Shown in pieces: positions 8,768-19,582 of a DNA stretch of 64,000 bases. This stretch comes from an uncultured Verrucomicrobiae bacterium (GTDB lineage: Bacteria > Verrucomicrobiota > Verrucomicrobiia > Limisphaerales > Palsa-1400). Below the pieces are notes generated by a model. It worked only from the letters and a program-made list of their open reading frames with translations, had not been told where the DNA came from and searched no databases. Position 1 is the stretch's first letter. Every line of letters starts with the position of its first letter. Location: assembly GCA_963702845.1 (NCBI GenBank), contig OY969763.1, forward strand, positions 704,001-768,000, written 5' to 3'. The translations under genes and the position numbers were made by a program.

Positions 8768-10198
8768 ATGAAACCGAGCATTTCCGCAGTGTTGATGTGG
8801 TTGTTGATGTCAACCGGTTCTGCTTTCGCCGACGCGCAAATCGATAGCTGGTTTACGCGCGATTCGGGCCGATACGCGCGGATTTATCAAACGACAGCCG
8901 ATCAAACCTCTGGCACCACAGTGACGACATGGAGCCGCGGTTCGGGCGTGCAATCCGTCCCGGTCTATGTCGGCGTGCATGATGTCAGTTATTCCGCAAG
9001 TTGGGTTTACGTTCACACGAGCGGGTTGGCCAGTTATGTGATGGGGCCTTGGTACCTGAACGCCGCCAAGACGCAGCTTTTTCCAAATTACCCAGCGAAT
9101 ACAAAGACGCTTTACCGCATCCCGCGTAATCCAACGATTCCCGCGAGCAAGACACTAACCGGGCTGGGGGCAGTCGGATATTTCGTCAATGGTGTGGCGC
9201 TATTCGATAATCGCGATGCGTTTTACTGGAACGGCACGGCGGATGTATCGGGCACGGGCAACTGGAATCGCGATGCTTACGTAAACGAAGGGGTGACGTT
9301 CGACGCCGCGCTCGCGCATCAAGCCGGTGCGACGCATCACTATCACGCGAACCCGATCGCGTTGCGATATCAGCTCGGTGACCACGTTGATTTCACCGCG
9401 GCGAGCAACACCTACAAGGAGAGCGCGAACGCGCCTACGCAACATTCGCCCATCGTGGCATGGGCGCGCGATGGTTTGCCGATTTACGGGCCCTACGGTT
9501 ATTCGAATCCAACGAACTCCAGCAGCGGAGTGCGCCGAATGATTTCGGGTTTCGTAATTCGCGACGGCAACAACGGGACGCAAAATTTAATACTGACGGG
9601 AAGAACTAATCTGCCACTGTGGGCAGCCCGCGCTTACAACCGTTCGGCAACACTGTTGGCGACCGAATATGGTCCAGCCATTAGCACCACCTATCCGATG
9701 GGACGTTATATCGAGGACAACGACTATCTCGGCGATCTTGGCAAAACTTTGGGCAGTGACTTCGATTTGAACGAATACAACGCCCGTTACTCCGTGACGC
9801 CTGAATTCCCGAACGGCACATGGGCGTATTTCGTTTGCATCACGTCGAGCGGCGCGCCGGCGTATCCCTACAACATCGGTCGTGCGTTTTATGGAAATCC
9901 CACAGGCAACACGGTCACGAGCATCACCGAAAGTGTGACAACAAATTTTATTGGCGCGGCCAGCGCTGAGTTGCGGATGTCGACGCCGGTGGTGAATAAC
10001 AATGTTGTGAGTCTCGTCTGGACCGCGACCGAAGGCGGCACGTATCGGATTGAATCGAGTGGGAACCTTGTAAACTGGAGCACGAACGCGGCGGGCATCA
10101 ACGCCGTCTACAATAGCGGTTCAGCGACTGCCGCGAACACGTTCACCAACCAATCATTCCGTGTCACGCGAACTGCCCTCGCGACGTATGACAACTAA
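8768..10198 (+). CDS. secreted YHYH-domain protein (paralogue 1)
   Basis: signal peptide; VNGVALF, HHYHANP, HSPIVAWARDGLPIYGPYGY, DLNEYNARYSVTPEFPNGTWAYF. Confidence 0.9.
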   Translation: MKPSISAVLMWLLMSTGSAFADAQIDSWFTRDSGRYARIYQTTADQTSGTTVTTWSRGSGVQSVPVYVGVHDVSYSASWVYVHTSGLASYVMGPWYLNAAKTQLFPNYPANTKTLYRIPRNPTIPASKTLTGLGAVGYFVNGVALFDNRDAFYWNGTADVSGTGNWNRDAYVNEGVTFDAALAHQAGATHHYHANPIALRYQLGDHVDFTAASNTYKESANAPTQHSPIVAWARDGLPIYGPYGYSNPTNSSSGVRRMISGFVIRDGNNGTQNLILTGRTNLPLWAARAYNRSATLLATEYGPAISTTYPMGRYIEDNDYLGDLGKTLGSDFDLNEYNARYSVTPEFPNGTWAYFVCITSSGAPAYPYNIGRAFYGNPTGNTVTSITESVTTNFIGAASAELRMSTPVVNNNVVSLVWTATEGGTYRIESSGNLVNWSTNAAGINAVYNSGSATAANTFTNQSFRVTRTALATYDN

Positions 10199-10261
10199 TA
10201 CGTTTACAAAATTCTTTTTGAGCGACCAAAATTTCTTAAACTCCACACCTGCAGCATTCGT

Positions 10262-12046
10262 ATGAAAATCATTTCGCGTGTCTCTCTTATTTTGGTTCTG
10301 ACCTGTTTTAGTGCACGCATCGCGTCGGCTGACCCGCAGGTCGATTCTTGGCTCACTAAGTATTCGGGTAAATACGCGCACATTTACACGAACGACACGA
10401 TGAAGGCCAATGGCACGACAGTGACGACGTGGAGCAACGGCCAGCAAACGCAGTCGTCGCCGGCTTATTGCGGCGCGCAGCAGATTTTGACGTCCTCCAG
10501 TTACGTGTATGTGCGAAGCACTGGATTGGGCAGCCACATCATGGGCCCGTGGTGGAACAACACGGCGCATACGGTGGTGTTCGTCAATTTGCCGGCCAAT
10601 CAGAAAATGATATATCGCTTCACGCGTACGCCGACTCCGGCGACAACGCATGCCGCTGTCCAGGGAGAAGTAGGCATGATGGTCGACGGTGTGCGCATTT
10701 TCGATTCGGGTGATGCGTTTTCCTATTCGTATGCGAACAGCCAGGATGCAACGGCGGGCAATGGCCTCACAGGGGATGGCCTGTGGAATCGCGAAGCATG
10801 GTCGAACGAGGGCACGACGATGGACCCGGCCTACGCGCACCAACAAAACACTGGACGCTACCATTATCATGCCACGCCGATTGCGCTACGCTACGTGCTG
10901 GGAGACAACATCGCTTTCGATTCCGTCGCCAAGACTTACGATGAAAGCACAAATGCACCAACGAGACATTCGCCGATAATCGGTTGGATTCAGGATGGCT
11001 ATCCATTGTATGGGCCATATGGATATTCGAGCGCGTCAAACTCGAGCAGTGGCATTCGTCGTATGGTTCCCGGATATGTGAAACGCGATGGCACTGCCGG
11101 CTCGATTAATCTGACGCTTACCGGGCGCACCAATTTTCCAGCGTGGCGCGCCCGCGAGGGAAATCGCTCCGCGACACTCACAGCCAGTGAATACGGCCCG
11201 AATGTCAGCACGACGTATCCGATTGGCCACTACGAAGAAGATTACGAATACCTTGCCGACCTCGGCAAAGTGCAGGGCGTTTATTTCGACCTTGATGAAT
11301 ACAACGGACGTTGGTGCGTGACGCCGGAATTTCCCAACGGGACGTACGCGTATTTTGCAGCGATCGATGCGAGCGGCACGCCCGTGTATCCCTACAACAC
11401 GGGCAGGCAGTATTATGGGATCAACAACGGTGGCCTGGTTACTTCGATTAATGAAAGCGTAGTGACAAACTTCGACGGCGGTGCGAATGCCGCGCTCACT
11501 GTGACTGCGCCGGTCGTGAGCAATGATGTCGTTACGTTGGTGTGGGCGGCCACTGAAGGTGGCACGTATCGAGTCGAGACGAGCACAAATCTTACGACGT
11601 GGACCACGAACACGGGAAACCTTTCCGCGACGCTTAACACCGGCACGTATACGCAAGCTGCCAACGCTTCGAACATTTTTTATCGAGTCGCACGCACGAA
11701 CCTCGCGTCCTTCGACTCTGTGATTAGCACAACTAGTGGCGGGATTTTGAGCGTGTCGCCGACGAGCGGCAATCGCAGCACGACTTTCACGCTGACCATT
11801 AATCTTGATCCGAACGCGAATCCTGCGCCGCCGCCGTCGCAGGCACCGATTAACAGTGTGACCGTTGGAAGCATTACTGGAACCAGCAACGTGCACGTCA
11901 GTCAAACGCAGATGACCAGCAGCATTTCGATTCCGGCGAATGCAACGACGGGCACGCAGACGGTGACGGTCGTGTTTCCGGGGCCGCCGGACAATCCGAC
12001 AGCGACGGTTACGTATACCCTTGCGAACGGCTTTACGGTAAAATAG
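10262..12046 (+). CDS. secreted YHYH-domain protein (paralogue 2) with an extra C-terminal Ig/IPT-like domain
   Basis: signal peptide; RYHYHATP, HSPIIGWIQDGYPLYGPYGY, DLDEYNGRWCVTPEFPNGTYAYF; C-terminal ILSVSPTSG...TLANGFTVK. Confidence 0.9.
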   Translation: MKIISRVSLILVLTCFSARIASADPQVDSWLTKYSGKYAHIYTNDTMKANGTTVTTWSNGQQTQSSPAYCGAQQILTSSSYVYVRSTGLGSHIMGPWWNNTAHTVVFVNLPANQKMIYRFTRTPTPATTHAAVQGEVGMMVDGVRIFDSGDAFSYSYANSQDATAGNGLTGDGLWNREAWSNEGTTMDPAYAHQQNTGRYHYHATPIALRYVLGDNIAFDSVAKTYDESTNAPTRHSPIIGWIQDGYPLYGPYGYSSASNSSSGIRRMVPGYVKRDGTAGSINLTLTGRTNFPAWRAREGNRSATLTASEYGPNVSTTYPIGHYEEDYEYLADLGKVQGVYFDLDEYNGRWCVTPEFPNGTYAYFAAIDASGTPVYPYNTGRQYYGINNGGLVTSINESVVTNFDGGANAALTVTAPVVSNDVVTLVWAATEGGTYRVETSTNLTTWTTNTGNLSATLNTGTYTQAANASNIFYRVARTNLASFDSVISTTSGGILSVSPTSGNRSTTFTLTINLDPNANPAPPPSQAPINSVTVGSITGTSNVHVSQTQMTSSISIPANATTGTQTVTVVFPGPPDNPTATVTYTLANGFTVK

Positions 12047-12049
12047 CAC

Positions 12050-13799
12050 ATGCGCAATCGGGTCCAACGTTTCGCGGTCGCGGTCGCGTTTATTCTCGCG
12101 GCCGCGTTGGGGCTTCGTGCCGCAACGTTGGAACTGTCGATGAACCACGTGTTCAATGGCGTTCCGCTCACGTTGAACTCGATGCAATATCGCAACGCGC
12201 GCTGACGAGGTGATGTCGGTGGAGCGCGTCAGTTATTTGCTCAGCGACATTGCTTTCGAACGGGAAGATGGAAAATGGGTACAGCTCGACGAGAAGTTTG
12301 CTTGGCTCGATGTGGAGAAGAAACGAGTTAGCGCGCGATTAGATGTGCCGAGCGGAGTCTATCGTGCGATGCGGTTTTCGGTTGGCCTCAATACGAAGGC
12401 GAATTTCAGCGACGTTACAAAATATGCGGCCGACCATCCGTTAAATCCAAATCTGAACGGGCTGCACTGGAGTTGGCAGGGTGGATACATTTTCCTCGCA
12501 CTAGAGGGACTCTATCAAACGGCGGCTACCGAACCGAAAGGGTATTCGTATCACTTCGCGCGCTCCAACAATTGCACGCCGGTGACACTCTCGGCGAATT
12601 TGGATCTGACAAAGGACGCGCGAGTCGTGGTGGATTTCGATATCGCGACGGTTCTGAACTCGCCACGTTTGCTGTCATTTGTGAAGGACGGGGCCTCGAC
12701 CCATTCACGCGATGGCGATTCGGTTGCCGCAGCGATTCGCGCGAATTTGCCGGGAGCGTTTAGAATACGACAATTTATCCAAACGTCGGACACCGCGCAG
12801 AGCGTTGCAGCTAAACCACTTTATTTGCCGAAGCAGTTCACACCTTATCGGTTCCAGATGAGCGGGATGTTTCCGATTCCGAGTTTGCCGCGCGACAATC
12901 CATTGATTGAGGAACGGGTGAGCCTCGGAGAAAAGTTGTTCAACGAGAAAGCACTATCGCGCGATGGCTCGATTTCATGCGCGTCATGCCATCAGCAGTC
13001 GGCAGCATTTTCGGATTCGCGCCGATTCAGCATTGGTGTGCGCAATCAATCCGGAACAAGGCAGGGGATGCCGTTATTCAATATGGCGTGGAAATCGAGT
13101 TTCTTCTGGGATGGGCGCGCGCCGAGTTTGCGTGCGCAGGCGTTGATGCCGATTCAGGACCATGTCGAGATGGACCAGACTCTTGAAGGCGCGGCGTCGA
13201 ATATGAACGCGCGCGCGGAGTATTTACCGCTGTTCGAAAAGGCGTTTGGCACTAAAGAAATCACTGCTGAGAAGATTGGCCTCACGATTGAACAATTTGT
13301 CCTGACGTTAACGTCATTTGATTCAAAGTTTGATCGCGTTTTGCGAGGACAGGAAAAATTTACGGAACAGGAGCAACGCGGGTTTGAATTGTTCATGACC
13401 GAATACGAGCCGCGCACCGAACACTACGGGGCTGACTGTTTCCATTGTCATGGCGGGCCGTTGTTCAGCGACTATCAGTTTCACAATAACGGGCTCGATG
13501 CCAAATCGGATTCGGACCCTGGCCGGTTTAAGTTCACGAAAATCGAGTTCGACCGCGCCAAGTTTTCAACTCCGTCCTTGCGCAACATCGCGTTGACCGC
13601 TCCGTACATGCACGACGGTCGATTTAAAACTCTCGAAGAGGTGGTGGAACATTACAGCACTGGTGTGATACGGAGTCCTACTCTGGATCCGAATATTGCC
13701 AAACACCCGGACGGCGGGATTCGTCTTTCCACGGCGGACAAACAGGCGTTGGTCGCGTTTCTGATGACTCTGACTGATCCGAAATTCGCCAAAAATTAG
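12050..13799 (+). CDS. fused MbnP-like (WxW) domain + MbnH/MauG-type di-heme cytochrome c peroxidase; one apparent +1 frameshift at ~12200
   Basis: ATG 12050 gives signal peptide MRNRVQRFAVAVAFILAAALGLRA; removing one C in cgcgcgctgac joins it to ORF 12210-13799; GLHWSWQGGYIF; CASCH; FFWDGRA; CFHCH; TPSLRNIALTAPYMHDG; VEHY. Confidence 0.88.
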
Positions 13800-13825
13800 A
13801 AGCGCTGATTGCCGCGAGCGTTAAC

Positions 13826-15703
13826 TCATTTTGCCGCAGGTTCGACCGTCGGATTGAGCGGCGTTGGTTCGACTGTTTTGTCGGGCGCACCGCTCATTGC
13901 TATCAGTGTCGTAACCGCTTCGCTCAGGCTAACAACGAATGTGTCCGGTGAGACATCCGGACCTTTTTCAGTGATAAGCGTGTCATCGCGTTTTATGCCC
14001 CAGACGCCGACTACAACTTTTGTATCAGGGAATCGCGAGCGCAGTTTCTTCAACAGATATCGAGTGCGACGCAGACGCGTCGGCGGAACGGCGGAAATAC
14101 AAACCACGCGCGCCTGAATCGCAGCGACGTCTTCGACGAAATCCGCAGTGAGGCCCATTGCCGAAAGCGCACGTGCGCCAACGCCGTGCGATCGCAACAG
14201 GCACGCCAGCATCAACCCGACAATTTCGTCTGCAGCATCTCTTGCAGGCACGATCACCGCCAATTCCGGCACGGTCGGTGTTTGGAAAGCGTGTTGGCGA
14301 TCAGTGTCATCATGAACATCGGTTGCAGGGTGCGGTTCTTGGTGTTCTTCGCACAATTCTTCAACCATCTCGCGCAGGTTTTGAAATATATCGAACTCGC
14401 GATCACGCGAGATGCGGCCACGGGCGCGATCCTCTTCGATCAGCCCAAGCGAGGGTAAGATGACTTCTTCGAACAACGCTGGAAGAGGTTTCTCTTTCAT
14501 GTATTGATCGACAATTTCACTCGCTTCGTCGCGATCTCCCGCGAGCAGACGTTGATAGAACCGCGCATCAATGGTCAGCACTGGTTCATCGCTGAGAAGC
14601 ACGTGCAAGAAACCGAGCTTGCGGACATGCGCGCCGGCGACGGCTACGAAAACTGTCAGCGGAGTGGAAAGCAGCAACCCGATTGGCCCCCACAGCCAAG
14701 TCCAAAAAATGGCAGCGAGCAATAGCGCGACAGGAGAAACTCCGGTCTGCGACCCATAGACAAGCGGTTCAATGATATTTGCGGTGGTCAGTTCCGCGCT
14801 GCAGTAGAGACCCGCCGTCCAAAGAAATTTTGTCCAGCCTGGGTCAATTGCGAATGCAAGCGCAAGGGGCGTTGCTGCCGCGATCCAGACGCCGACGTAG
14901 GGAACAAACCGCAGCAATGTTGCCATTGCGCCCCACAACATCGGACTCGGGACGCCGATGAAATAAAGCCCTGTCCCGATAAGCGTGCCAAGGCACAAAT
15001 TGACCAGCAGTTCAAAGAGCAAATATCGGCTTACTCTGTCGGCTGTTTCATTGAGAGTGTCGACTGTTAAGTTCATGCGCTCCGTGCCAGCCAGTCTGAC
15101 GATGCGGTCGCGCATGTCTTCGCGATAGCTCAGCATAAACGAAAGCACAAACAGGATCATGAAAACACTGAGCAGTGGCTTCATGCCTGTGCCGACCATC
15201 GTCTTGACCAATGTCAGTGGACCGGCCTGCGGATTCTGAATCTCCACTGGTACCGGCGTAGCCTCAGAGGGTTCTTTCAAGTTGCTCGACTGTGTGCCCG
15301 TCTTGTTGTCAGGGGACTGGAGTTGACGGCTGCTATGTTTGATCAAACGATTTACCCGTGCGATGGGTCCTTGTGTTTGCGACGCAATGCTAGTGAATTT
15401 TGTTTCGATCGTTTGTTGGTATTGAGGCAGTTTCTTTGCAAGATCGTAAAATTGCGCTCCGACCAGCCAGCCGATCGCGCCGACGATGCATAGCGCGAGC
15501 AAAATAGTGGTAAAGACAGCAATGCCCCGTGGTAAGTGGAGGCGTTCCAGCCACGCGCAGGGCATCGTGAGCAGGAAACTCAGCAACACTGCGACCGAGA
15601 GGGGAATGAGAACTTCGCGCGCGAAATAAAGACCGGCAATTACCAAAGCCACGCCAAACAGGGCGTTCGAACTGATTTTAGCGTAGTCGTTGCCGCGGTA
15701 CAC
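13826..15703 (-). CDS. AI-2E family transporter with C-terminal cytoplasmic (B12-binding-like) domain
   Basis: LLRFVPYVG, IIEPLVYG, FWTWLWGPIGLLLSTPLT, FYQRLLAGD; start codon uncertain. Confidence 0.88.
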   Translation of the reverse strand: MYRGNDYAKISSNALFGVALVIAGLYFAREVLIPLSVAVLLSFLLTMPCAWLERLHLPRGIAVFTTILLALCIVGAIGWLVGAQFYDLAKKLPQYQQTIETKFTSIASQTQGPIARVNRLIKHSSRQLQSPDNKTGTQSSNLKEPSEATPVPVEIQNPQAGPLTLVKTMVGTGMKPLLSVFMILFVLSFMLSYREDMRDRIVRLAGTERMNLTVDTLNETADRVSRYLLFELLVNLCLGTLIGTGLYFIGVPSPMLWGAMATLLRFVPYVGVWIAAATPLALAFAIDPGWTKFLWTAGLYCSAELTTANIIEPLVYGSQTGVSPVALLLAAIFWTWLWGPIGLLLSTPLTVFVAVAGAHVRKLGFLHVLLSDEPVLTIDARFYQRLLAGDRDEASEIVDQYMKEKPLPALFEEVILPSLGLIEEDRARGRISRDREFDIFQNLREMVEELCEEHQEPHPATDVHDDTDRQHAFQTPTVPELAVIVPARDAADEIVGLMLACLLRSHGVGARALSAMGLTADFVEDVAAIQARVVCISAVPPTRLRRTRYLLKKLRSRFPDTKVVVGVWGIKRDDTLITEKGPDVSPDTFVVSLSEAVTTLIAMSGAPDKTVEPTPLNPTVEPAAK

Positions 15704-15794
15704 GTTGGTATCTCAACCTAATCCGCGCAGGTATTGGAAGCTAGAGCAGGAACCCCGATTGTAGGGTGAAGCGGCGCACTGATGGATGGGCAAA

Positions 15795-16311
15795 TCAGTG
15801 CGTGCCCACGCGCGACGCGACCGCTGCGATGAGAACGGCGGTGATGTTGACATAAACCGCAGCAAGCAGATCATCAAACGTAACGCCCCAACCACCGGGC
15901 AAGTTCTGGCTCTGACGAACCGGCCAAGGCTTCCAAACATCAAAAAGACGGAACCGTAAAAATACCGCGACCGTATACATCCAACGCTGTTGCCCGAAAA
16001 AATACTCTGGTCCCGGAAGTTTTTCGCCGCCCAACGACAGCAACCACGTTAAAAAGCAAAATGGTATCGCAACGATTTCGTCGAGCACGATCGAGCCAGG
16101 ATCCGTCTGCCCCAAAATCTTCTCACGCTTCTCCACAAAGCCAAACCGAAGCAGCGCTTCCAGGATGATGCCGCAGATCACACCAATCAGCGAATGCGTG
16201 TACAATAGCGCGGCGAAAAAACCGAGACCTCAGAACAGAGCCGAACGTCCCCGGCGCGACCGGAATTCGTCCAATGCCGAAACCTTGCGCGATCCAAAGT
16301 TTCCAGTTCAC
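15795..16311 (-). CDS. pgpA: phosphatidylglycerophosphatase A (apparent frameshifts at ~16230, ~16162, ~16125)
   Basis: GFGIGRIPVAPGTFGS, SVWLCGEA/EKILGQTDPGSIVLDEI, FRLFDVWKPWP, GGWGVTFDDLLA; GTG overlaps the pgsA stop. Confidence 0.88.
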
Positions 16312-16901
16312 AGGTCTTGTAAATAGAGGCGGCGATTGCGCCAGAGATAAATGCTGCCGGAGGTGAAGGTCAGGATGATCGCTGCCCAAACCGAGATGCT
16401 GGTAAACCAAACAATCCATGGTTGGCCGGCGATCTGCCAGCCGACGACGACTTCGCCGAATTTACCCCAATGACTATATCCTTGCATCACGAGCAACGCG
16501 AGAATCGCGATCATTTGCGAAATCGTTTTGTGTTTGCCAAATCTTTCCGCCGCAAGAACGACGTGTTGTGATGCGGCGAGCAAGCGCAAACCCGTGATGG
16601 CTAGTTCACGCGAGACGACCACCACAACCATCCACGCCGGAATCCAACCGTGGCCGACAAATGCAATGAACGCCGAACAGACAAGAATTTTGTCTGCCAA
16701 CGGATCCATCAGAATGCCGAAATTAGTGATGAGCTTGTCGCGCCGGGCGATCATGCCATCGAAGTAATCGGTAATACTGGCAGCGCTAAAGAGGAACAAG
16801 GCGACGGTGTCGCGCCATGGATTTGGATCCAAAAAAATGACGAAAAGGAAAGCTAACGTCAGGACCAGGCGAGACAGCGTTAGTTTGTTGGGTAGATTCA
16901 T
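16308..16901 (-). CDS. pgsA: CDP-diacylglycerol--glycerol-3-phosphate 3-phosphatidyltransferase
   Basis: MNLPNKLTLSR, TDYFDGMIAR...FGILMDPLADK motif. Confidence 0.95.
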   Translation of the reverse strand: MNLPNKLTLSRLVLTLAFLFVIFLDPNPWRDTVALFLFSAASITDYFDGMIARRDKLITNFGILMDPLADKILVCSAFIAFVGHGWIPAWMVVVVVSRELAITGLRLLAASQHVVLAAERFGKHKTISQMIAILALLVMQGYSHWGKFGEVVVGWQIAGQPWIVWFTSISVWAAIILTFTSGSIYLWRNRRLYLQDL

Positions 16902-18518
16902 TCAGCGATCAGATCGTAATCTGTATGGCCGATGATCTTAACCTCAGCAAACTGGCCGGCCGGCAGATGGCGTTTGATATACACACGACCATCAATATCT
17001 GGCGCATCCGCCTCACCTCGCGCAACTACAAACTTTGACCCGAGCTTCATTTCCAATTCGCCGCCGCTGCCGCGAATCAACCCATGTTCCCACGAACTAA
17101 CGTTCGCCTTCTGCAAAGCGTCCGCTGTCGCCTCACCTTCACAGAGAACCTTCAGTTTGTGACCGACGAATGATTGAGAAATTTCACACGCGATTTTTTG
17201 CTGCTCTGCCATCGCGAGTTTCTGGCGCTGAAACTTAATCTTATCCGGAATTTGCCCTTCCATCTTGCCGGCGCGCGTGCCGTCCTGTTGCGAGTAGGTA
17301 AATACGCCAAGACGTTCGAAACGCGTTGTGCGAATAAAATCGAGCAATGTCTGGAAATACGCATCCGTTTCGCCCGGGAATCCGACGATAAATGTCGTGC
17401 GAATCGCAATGCCCGGAATACCGGCGCGGATTTTCGCGATGAGATCGACAATATATTGCTGCGACGTTTCGCGGCGCATGCGTTCCAGCATGTTCCCGTG
17501 AATATGCTGTAGCGGAATATCAATATAGCGCGCGACCTTCGGACATTCCGCAATCGTCTTGATCAACTCGTCAGTCCAATGCGCCGGGTGCGTGTAGAGC
17601 AGGCGAATCCAAAAATTACCGGGAATTTTATTTAATTCCCGGAGCAAAGTGCAGAGCGTCGTCGCATCCGAAGGCAACGAATGTGCCGCTGCAGAAAATT
17701 TTTCAGGTGAAGAAATCGCGCGGCTATGATTCGCGCGCAGGTCCAATCCGTAATAAGTCGAATCCTGCGAAATCAAATTGAGTTCTTTGACGCCATCGGC
17801 GACGAGCGCCTTGGCTTCCGCAACAACATCAGCCTGGGTGCGACTACGATGCGATCCTCGCATGCGCGGGATAATGCAAAACGTGCACGGGTGATTGCAC
17901 CCTTCCGCAATTTTGACGTAAGCAAAATGTTTTGGCGTCAGACGAAAACGCGGCGTCTCAAAATCCTGCACGTAAATAGGCCGCGCGTTTACTTCGATCA
18001 ACGGCGCGCTCGCCTCTTGTTCTGGCTTGAATGGCAAAGTCCGCTTTTTCTTTGAACCTTGGACGTTGGATGTTGGATGTTCGACGTTTGCCTTCGTCTT
18101 TGTCCTCCTTCAGTTCCAAGGCAGCCCTAACAATCTGCGGTGCCTGCGCCACTTGATCGATGCCCATGAACGCGTCCACTTCCGGCAGCAACGTCGGCAG
18201 CTCTTCGCGAAACCGTTGCGGCAAGCAGCCCGAAACGATCAGCCCCTGGTGCGGCTTGCGTTGGTTGCGCAATTCATCCGACTCCAAAATCGCGTCGATG
18301 CTTTCCTGTTGCGCCGATTCAATGAAGGAACAGGTATTAACAATAACCACGTCCGCCTCACTCGCTTCATTGGTGATTTGAATGCCGTCCTTCAACAGCG
18401 AGCCGAGCATGATTTCGGCGTCCACAAGATTCTTGGCGCAACCAAGGGAAATTAATCCGACGCGAATCGGTTTGGCGTTGCGTGTTTCGGTGCTTTTAAC
18501 TTTTTGTTCGGGCTTCAC
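16898..18518 (-). CDS. rimO: ribosomal protein S12 methylthiotransferase (one apparent frameshift between ~18040 and ~18113)
   Basis: SLGCAKNLVDAE, VNTCSFI, SGCLPQR; KIAEGCNHPCTFCIIP radical-SAM motif; APDIDGRVY TRAM domain. Confidence 0.93.
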
Positions 18519-18579
18519 TGGCGGCTGCCAACTTACGCGACTTTCGGCGCAAATCTAATGGAAAATGACGTCTTTTTCG

Positions 18580-19521
18580 TCAGCGAATATACCCGTCGTA
18601 GACGTGTTTTCCGAGGTATTCGTAACCTTTACCCTCCTCGGGCGTGCCGGCCAGCAGCGCGTGAATGAAGCCGTTGAGTTCTACCTGGACCGTGTGCCAA
18701 ATCTTCTTTTCTGGATTCTCGCGCAGGAACATCAGGACATGCCGCGCATCGGCTGTGCAGGTTTCTAACTCTTTGCTTTGCGTGCCCTGAAATGGAAACT
18801 TCGAACTCAGATCGTTTTTCATCAAGTGAGTGCGCCCCCACGTTCCACCAGCCGCGCTGACGAACGTCTTCCCGTTGAGAAGCGCAATATCATCGTGATA
18901 GGCGAGAACAACCAACCAGTGCGGACGCGAGCTTTGCAACCATTGCACGATTTTATCGCGATGCAGCTTAGTATCATACGCGTAATCGGCATCGAGAAAA
19001 GCAATGCGCGTCACGTCATTGGGGATGTTGGTGACGGCATTGAGGTAACCAAAAATCAAGCTTCCGCCACCGCTGTGCCCGGCAAGAATCGTTTCGATAT
19101 TCCGATCAGGAAACCGTTTTTTGACGGAATCGAACAGGGCGGGGATGCCCGCGTCGCCGTGTTTTTTTCGCCAGGCGGGCCATGCTTTCAAATTATTTTC
19201 CATGAACGCGACGACGAGCGTTTGGTTTGGGAACCGATTCCGAAGATAGCGAGTCTGCGCACCGATGTGTTGGATATTGTAGTGCCAATCATCCTCGGGT
19301 TTGACCTGCTTACCGATCGCGTGTTCGGCCGTGCCTCCATTCGGCAAACCGTAAAACACCAGCGTGATGTTCTTGTTGGCCGGCATCGGCGATGGTGCGT
19401 CGATGACAATACGCACACCATCAACATTGGTGATCGTTGAAAGCTGCTCCCCGGCAGGGTCAGCGACTGCTGCGGAAGCAAAACTCAACAACATTGCGAA
19501 CAAGCCGCCAATACGCGCCAT
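18580..19521 (-). CDS. secreted alpha/beta-hydrolase-fold protein
   Basis: signal peptide; LAGHSGGG nucleophile elbow; IAFLDA. Confidence 0.7.
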   Translation of the reverse strand: MARIGGLFAMLLSFASAAVADPAGEQLSTITNVDGVRIVIDAPSPMPANKNITLVFYGLPNGGTAEHAIGKQVKPEDDWHYNIQHIGAQTRYLRNRFPNQTLVVAFMENNLKAWPAWRKKHGDAGIPALFDSVKKRFPDRNIETILAGHSGGGSLIFGYLNAVTNIPNDVTRIAFLDADYAYDTKLHRDKIVQWLQSSRPHWLVVLAYHDDIALLNGKTFVSAAGGTWGRTHLMKNDLSSKFPFQGTQSKELETCTADARHVLMFLRENPEKKIWHTVQVELNGFIHALLAGTPEEGKGYEYLGKHVYDGYIR

Positions 19522-19582
19522 GATTGGAGCCGATTTTGTCACGACCTGCTCATTGTCAAAAGAACCAATTTACTCATAACTT

